Shown in pieces: positions 59,134 to 64,000 of a stretch of DNA of 64,000 nucleotides (position 1 is its first letter; each line of letters opens with the position of its first letter). The stretch is from a bacterium (GTDB lineage Bacteria > UBA8248), in the NCBI GenBank assembly GCA_965207065.1, contig OZ242260.1, forward strand, positions 128,001-192,000, in the 5' to 3' direction. A program made the translations under genes and the position numbers. Under the pieces are notes generated by a model. That model worked only from the letters and a program-made list of their open reading frames with translations, was not told the origin of the DNA and made no database searches.

Positions 59134-60041
59134 CGGCCCGTCCCGTCCTGGCGGGGCATCTCCTTGCTGTCGAGGTATTTGAACAGTTCATTGTCCGCCG
59201 GCAGCATGAGAGTCGTGTTCCGGTCGATTATCAGATCATAGCTGTCGAGGGCGCGGATGAACTTGTAGAATTCCGGATCCGCCTTGTACGCCGCACCCAG
59301 CAGCGCCATCGCCTCGGCTTCCGCCTTGCCCAGAATGATCGTCGCCTCGGCGTGGGCGTCGGCGAGGAGTTTTTCGTGCTCGTTGATGGCGCGAGCCTCA
59401 ATGCGGATCGCCGTCTCCTCCCCCTCGCTCCTGTAGCGGGCGGCGATGCGGGCGCGCTCGGAGATCATCCGCTGAATCACGCTCGGCCGGTTCGCCACCG
59501 GCAGCGTGTATTCGACGATTCCGGTCCGCACCACCTCCACGCCGTAATTCTTCCTCGCGGTGGGCGCGATGAGGCCCAGAATCTTCTGAGACGCCTCGCT
59601 CAGGTCTTCATGCTCCAGACCCAGACCGATGAAGGCGTCGCGCGCCTTGTTGGAGATGATGATGCCGCTGCTCGACATGTAGAGGTCCTTGAGCCGATCC
59701 GTCGCGCTCTTGCCGGTACGGATGGACTCGACGAAGAGAATGGGGTCCCGTATGCGCCAGAGTAGGTATCCGTCGATGAGAACGCTCTTCTGATCTTCGG
59801 TAATCAACTCCTGGGTGAGGCCGGTCATGGCGTGAATGCGCCGATCGACCTTATAGACCCTGGATATGGGCCGGGGCCATTTCATGTGGAGACCGGGCTG
59901 TCTGGCGGGAGGCGAAATCTTGCCGAAGTGGGTCAGCACGCCCTGCTGCGTCTCCTCGACGACGTAGAAGCAGTCGTAGGCTACGACGAGCAGGACAACC
60001 ACGGCGATGGCCGTGACGATTCTCTTTGCGCTGAGGGTCAT
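59130..60041 (-). CDS. HflC-like SPFH protein
   Basis: FGKI..PGLHMKWP, ITEDQK, WRIRDP, RMISERARIAARYRSEG, DPEFYKFIRALDSY. Confidence 0.88.
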   Translation of the reverse strand: MTLSAKRIVTAIAVVVLLVVAYDCFYVVEETQQGVLTHFGKISPPARQPGLHMKWPRPISRVYKVDRRIHAMTGLTQELITEDQKSVLIDGYLLWRIRDPILFVESIRTGKSATDRLKDLYMSSSGIIISNKARDAFIGLGLEHEDLSEASQKILGLIAPTARKNYGVEVVRTGIVEYTLPVANRPSVIQRMISERARIAARYRSEGEETAIRIEARAINEHEKLLADAHAEATIILGKAEAEAMALLGAAYKADPEFYKFIRALDSYDLIIDRNTTLMLPADNELFKYLDSKEMPRQDGTGR

Positions 60042-62863
60042 CTCTTTTCTCTCCCCGTTTCATTCGCTCCGGCGATGGAAGCATTGCGCGCGACGTTTGA
60101 TTTCGCCGCCGCGGCGTGGGCGCCGCTTCTCTCATTTCCGCTATTGTTCCCGCCTTGGGCCGCTTCGCCTTCCGATTTTTCCGATTTGGCTGCGCCGTCC
60201 TTCTCTTTCTTGCCGTTTTTCTCTGCATGGGCGGCGGCATTCCCATCCCCTGCATTCTTCCCTGCATGAGCGGCGCCGCCCGCTGATTTCGCCGATTCGC
60301 CGTGGCCGCCGCCGGTTTGCTTCTCGCCGCTTCCACCACCGTGGCCCGCGCCGCCTTTGGATTTTTCCGATTCGCCGCCGCTCTTGCCGTCCCCGCCGTC
60401 TTTCGCGCCATGGCCCTTATCTTCGCCGGGGCCGTTCCTCCCGCGCGCGGTCTCGTGGGTTCCATGCCTCGTCCCCAACGACTTCCTCTTCCAAAGCGCG
60501 ACCTTGGCCAGACTGCCCTTTTCGGGAACGATGATCTTGGAGTTATGCGAGAGCGCGATTTCGAGTTTCTCGCGCCACAGCATGTTCCGGAGAACCTCCG
60601 GAGCGCTTTGCACGGCCCTGGACACCCGAAGGAGCGCATCGGCCTCCGCCCCGGCGCCCTTCACCCTCCGGTACGCCTCGCCGTCGGCCTGCTTCACTTC
60701 GTAATCGGCGTTGCCGTGCGCCTGGGGAGTGAGCGACACCAGGAGCCGCTGCGCGTTGACGATGATGCGCTCCTTGTCCTCCTGAGCGCTCGATACCTCC
60801 CGGAACGCGCTTATCGTCTCTTTCACGGGGCGGATGGACGCCAGGTTCACCTTGACCAGTTCGACGCTTCCGAACGCCGAGGCTCCTACGTCCGGGTGTC
60901 CGGAATCCGTCCTGGTGGAGAAATGCGCGAACAAATGGGTGACTTGCTTTTCCAGGGTTTCGCGGTGAACGTTGAGCAACTGCTCCAGACCCCGTGCGGA
61001 TACGAAGGAGCGCAGGTGATCCCGGACGCCGTCCTCGATGATTTTCGGCGCGTTCAGGACCCGATAATGGTAGGCGAAGGGGTCTTTCACCCGGTACTGC
61101 ACGTTCACGGTGAGGGAAACCAGATTCAGATCGCCGGACACGTATTCGTGGACGTCGCCGGACATGATGGACTTCACTTCCCGGACCGGCCATTTATCCA
61201 CCTCGACGAAGGGCCAGGGAGCGAGATAGTGCAGCCCCGGCTGCAGATCCTTCCAGTAGACCTTTCCGAACAATCGGCCGTAGCCGACTGTACCGGGAGG
61301 AACGGTCGTGAAGCCGGTGCCGAGGAAGATGAGGAGAATCAGGCCCGTGAGCATGAGGCCCATCGGCGTTTTCAGGGAGAAGGCGCCTCGTATGGGCCGG
61401 CCCCGGGTGAGGCGCTCCCATAGGCGTTTGCAGGGCTCGGACATGGAGCGGATGTTCTGCATCAGATCCTCGTATCCCGTCCGGAAAGCGCCGGCGCGGA
61501 AACGCCATATGATGAGGGCTAAAAAGGCCAGGGCGCTGCCGTATTGCAGCAACAGGATGGCGGGGGAGTCCGAGGCGTCGAGATTCACGGGGAGCGCGAA
61601 GCCGGTGGCGAAGAAAAAGGAGTCGATCAAAACGGCGAAGATGACGGTTACGACGATGACGACGCCGACATAGATGGATGCGAAGCGCGTGCCGAACTGG
61701 TTCATGATGACCGCGATGGTGCCCGTGTTGGTCGCCGGGCCCGTCATGAGAAAAATCAGCGCCGCCCCTGGGCTGAAGCCCTTGGCGACGAGCGCCGCGG
61801 CGATGGGCGTGCTCGCGGATGCGCATATGTAGAGGGGAATCCCGATGATGACCATGATCGGGTAGGACGCCCAGCGGGCGTATTCGTTCTGCATCAGGTC
61901 GCTCGGGATCACCAGAAAGAGCAATCCGCCCACGAAGACGCCGAAGAGCAGCGAGAAGAGGATGTCGTCCGCGATTTCGATGAAGCCGTAGCTGAATATG
62001 TGCCTGACGATCGTCCTGAAGCCCGGCAGCCGATCCTCCTCGGGCGCAGGGGCGAGGGCGGCCTCGGCCGATTCCTCATCGACGAGCAATTCCTCCTGAT
62101 AGAAGTCCGGCTTCACCCAGGACGCGGCCTTCCAGTTTCGCACCGATACGGCGACGCCTATCAGCCAGCGGCGCATGGCATGCTTCAGTTGCGTGGGGCT
62201 GATATAGCAGTCCTCCGAGCCCGGCATGAGCGGCTCGTGCACGCCGTGGTCGTGGCCGTGATCATGGTCGTGTCCGTGGCCATGATCATGCCCGTGATCA
62301 TGCCCGTGATCATGCCCGTGATCGTGGTCGTGTTCGCCTTCCTTCGCTTCGCCCTGGTCGGTTCTGATGAGGCCGATGCAGAAAATGCCTGCGACGACCG
62401 CGGTGACGAAGCTGATGAGGGGCCGCACTATCGCCGCTATCCACCCGAAGAAGGCGTTCGTCACGAGGATCGAATCGGCGCCCGTTTCGGGAGCCGTTAT
62501 CAGAAAAGACATGCACGAGGAGCGCGAAGCCCCCTTCCGCCGCATCTCGGCGACCACGGGCACGACCGAGCAACTGCACAGCGGCACGGGCACGCCGACT
62601 GCCGAACTGACGCTTACCGATTTCAGGCCATCGTCGCGAAGCCACCGGAGAATGGCCTGGCGGGAGATGAATACGTGGATGAGGCCGGAGAGGAACAGCC
62701 CGAGCAGCAGCATGGGCGAGAGCAGAAGGAACGACATCCACAAAAAGTAGAAAAAATCAGCGAATCTGCTCGCCAACTCGGTAGTCAAAGGGTTATCCCC
62801 CAAGGAAGGGGTTCCACAAAAAAAACTTTCGTGGAGCGCCTCGTGTAACACCCCAACCAACAT
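60038..62863 (-). CDS. DUF318/SO_0444-type metal permease with His-rich loop fused to a C-terminal SPFH (HflK-like) domain
   Basis: PLCSCSVVP, FLITAPETGADS, (HDHG)n, PLYICASASTP, GPATN, then RLFGK..LQPGLHY..PWP, SGDLNLV, VQYRV, AFREVSSAQED; alternative TTG start at 62788. Confidence 0.88.
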   Translation of the reverse strand: MLVGVLHEALHESFFCGTPSLGDNPLTTELASRFADFFYFLWMSFLLLSPMLLLGLFLSGLIHVFISRQAILRWLRDDGLKSVSVSSAVGVPVPLCSCSVVPVVAEMRRKGASRSSCMSFLITAPETGADSILVTNAFFGWIAAIVRPLISFVTAVVAGIFCIGLIRTDQGEAKEGEHDHDHGHDHGHDHGHDHGHGHDHDHGHDHGVHEPLMPGSEDCYISPTQLKHAMRRWLIGVAVSVRNWKAASWVKPDFYQEELLVDEESAEAALAPAPEEDRLPGFRTIVRHIFSYGFIEIADDILFSLLFGVFVGGLLFLVIPSDLMQNEYARWASYPIMVIIGIPLYICASASTPIAAALVAKGFSPGAALIFLMTGPATNTGTIAVIMNQFGTRFASIYVGVVIVVTVIFAVLIDSFFFATGFALPVNLDASDSPAILLLQYGSALAFLALIIWRFRAGAFRTGYEDLMQNIRSMSEPCKRLWERLTRGRPIRGAFSLKTPMGLMLTGLILLIFLGTGFTTVPPGTVGYGRLFGKVYWKDLQPGLHYLAPWPFVEVDKWPVREVKSIMSGDVHEYVSGDLNLVSLTVNVQYRVKDPFAYHYRVLNAPKIIEDGVRDHLRSFVSARGLEQLLNVHRETLEKQVTHLFAHFSTRTDSGHPDVGASAFGSVELVKVNLASIRPVKETISAFREVSSAQEDKERIIVNAQRLLVSLTPQAHGNADYEVKQADGEAYRRVKGAGAEADALLRVSRAVQSAPEVLRNMLWREKLEIALSHNSKIIVPEKGSLAKVALWKRKSLGTRHGTHETARGRNGPGEDKGHGAKDGGDGKSGGESEKSKGGAGHGGGSGEKQTGGGHGESAKSAGGAAHAGKNAGDGNAAAHAEKNGKKEKDGAAKSEKSEGEAAQGGNNSGNERSGAHAAAAKSNVARNASIAGANETGREKR

Positions 62864-62877
62864 AGTGATAATTCGTC

Positions 62878-62906
62878 AAGTTACAAGGCGAAAGGGGGTA
62901 TGTCAA
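62878..62906 (-). promoter_or_regulatory. sigma70-type promoter of the permease-SPFH operon
   Basis: TTGACA, 17 nt, TAACTT preceded by TG. Confidence 0.55.
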
Positions 62907-63107
62907 CGAATTTCTTCAGGCGCACTTACATAGTTTTCGCAGAAAGGTGTTCTGCGAAGAGGGGGCGGGAAAATTTCCCGTCAAAACCATCTGCCGAGGC
63001 GTCCGGGCCGGCGAACGCCGCTACTACGAAAATTCAGGCGCGGGCTACCGGGAATACGCGGGGAGCCGGGCGGACTCGCTCCATATCCCCGGGAAACGCC
63101 GCCCAAT

Positions 63108-63998
63108 TTATTTCCCCGAAAGGCACGTCCCGAGCGATTTCGCCATGCTGCGCATGAGGGTGAAATACGCGTCCTCCCCGGCGGGGATTCCCGTACCCAG
63201 CGGATCGAGCACGCCGGTTCCGGCCCCCGTGCCCTCCATGATGACCTTCACGAGCCTGGGCTGGAACTGCGGCTCGGTGAACACGCAGATCGACTTCGTG
63301 TCCCTGATCTTCCTGCGTATCGCCACCAGGCGCGCCGAGCCCGGCTTCTTCTCGGGCGAGAGGGTCACCGAACCGATGGGGGTCAGTCCGTAGCGTTTCT
63401 CCATGTATTGATACGCATCGTGAAAGACGATGTAGGGCGCGCCTTTCACGGGGGCCAGCGCCTGCGCGAGTTCCTTGTGCAAGGCGTCGATGCGGGCCTT
63501 GAGGTTTTGCGCGTTCGACTCGTATTTTTTCTTGTTCGCAGGATCCACCTCTTCGAGTTCATGCGCGATGGCGTCCACCCACCTACGGGCGTTCATGGGG
63601 TCGAGCCAAATGTGCGCGTCGAAGCCTCCGTGATCCTCCTCATCCCCATGATCACCCTTGGCCTCGGCCTTCTCGTGATGATCGTCGTCTTTCGCCTTGG
63701 CTTCCATTTTCTCGTGGTCGTCATCCTTCGCCCCGGTTTTTTCCTTCTCGTCATGATGATCATCTTCAGCTTTCCCGCGTTTCTCCTTGTCGTGATCATC
63801 GTCCCCGTCTTTCGCCTCTTTGCCCTCATCATGATGATCGCCTTCGGCCTTTTTCTCTCCGCCGTGATCATCGTCGTGCCCTTCCCACAAACCGCCTTCC
63901 CTGAGCTTCAACAACTCCAGTCCTTTCAATTCTCCCAGGGCGACGACGTTCGCCCTTTTCGGCAGAATTTCGAGAGGCCGCTCGAGGCCCGGGGCGAG
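63108..63998 (-). CDS. znuA: zinc ABC transporter substrate-binding protein with long His/Asp/Lys-rich loop (5' end outside window)
   Basis: DAHIWLDP, VFHDAYQY, CVFTEPQF, LDPLG, acidic His-rich loop. Confidence 0.88.
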   Translation of the reverse strand, partial: LAPGLERPLEILPKRANVVALGELKGLELLKLREGGLWEGHDDDHGGEKKAEGDHHDEGKEAKDGDDDHDKEKRGKAEDDHHDEKEKTGAKDDDHEKMEAKAKDDDHHEKAEAKGDHGDEEDHGGFDAHIWLDPMNARRWVDAIAHELEEVDPANKKKYESNAQNLKARIDALHKELAQALAPVKGAPYIVFHDAYQYMEKRYGLTPIGSVTLSPEKKPGSARLVAIRRKIRDTKSICVFTEPQFQPRLVKVIMEGTGAGTGVLDPLGTGIPAGEDAYFTLMRSMAKSLGTCLSGK

Positions 63999-64000
63999 CA

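Noticed and set aside
62844-62906. Zur or CsoR operator upstream of the permease-SPFH gene
   Set aside because: Only a GGGGGTAT half-site and widely spaced TGTAAC/GTTACA; no convincing palindrome

Overview
GC-rich bacterial chromosome segment interrupted by a lower-GC mosaic island at about 31.4-53.6 kb. (1) 0-1.4 kb: a DUF559 nuclease gene followed by REP/REPIN-like palindromic repeats. (2) 1.6-30 kb: catabolic loci. A minus-strand operon divergent from a LysR gene encodes CoA-transferase A/B, an M20 amidohydrolase, an LLM oxidoreductase, two cysteine-synthase-family paralogs, a Liv-type ABC transporter, an AhpD/CMD protein, a three-subunit xanthine-dehydrogenase-family Mo enzyme and an SdhA/NadB-like flavoprotein. 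The ORF track splits the AhpD/CMD gene at an in-frame UGA; it reads as one CxxU selenoprotein with a SECIS-like hairpin. A second locus has two UbiD genes, two LLMs, a cyclase, a TAXI-TRAP transporter and an M24 peptidase. (3) The island begins at a tRNA-Ala 3' fragment. It carries a LuxR-type regulator and an apparently fully exported caspase-family (C14)/DUF4384 operon: autotransporter-like protein, two DUF4384 proteins, OmpA-caspase-DUF4384, a mini-paralog peptide, WD40-caspase, a hydrolase lipoprotein, a decayed third caspase and a tandem-repeat protein. Twin lux-box-like promoters flank the regulator. The island also has an IS1595 cargo element whose MTase-HNH gene is frameshifted at a G11 run, inserted in an iteron array next to a VapE-type helicase, plus a decayed IS256. 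(4) 54-64 kb: a PiT transporter, a GPP34 gene, and a His-rich DUF318 metal permease fused to an SPFH domain with dedicated HflC/HflK partners downstream of ZnuA. Family assignments come from motif recognition by eye; no searches were run.
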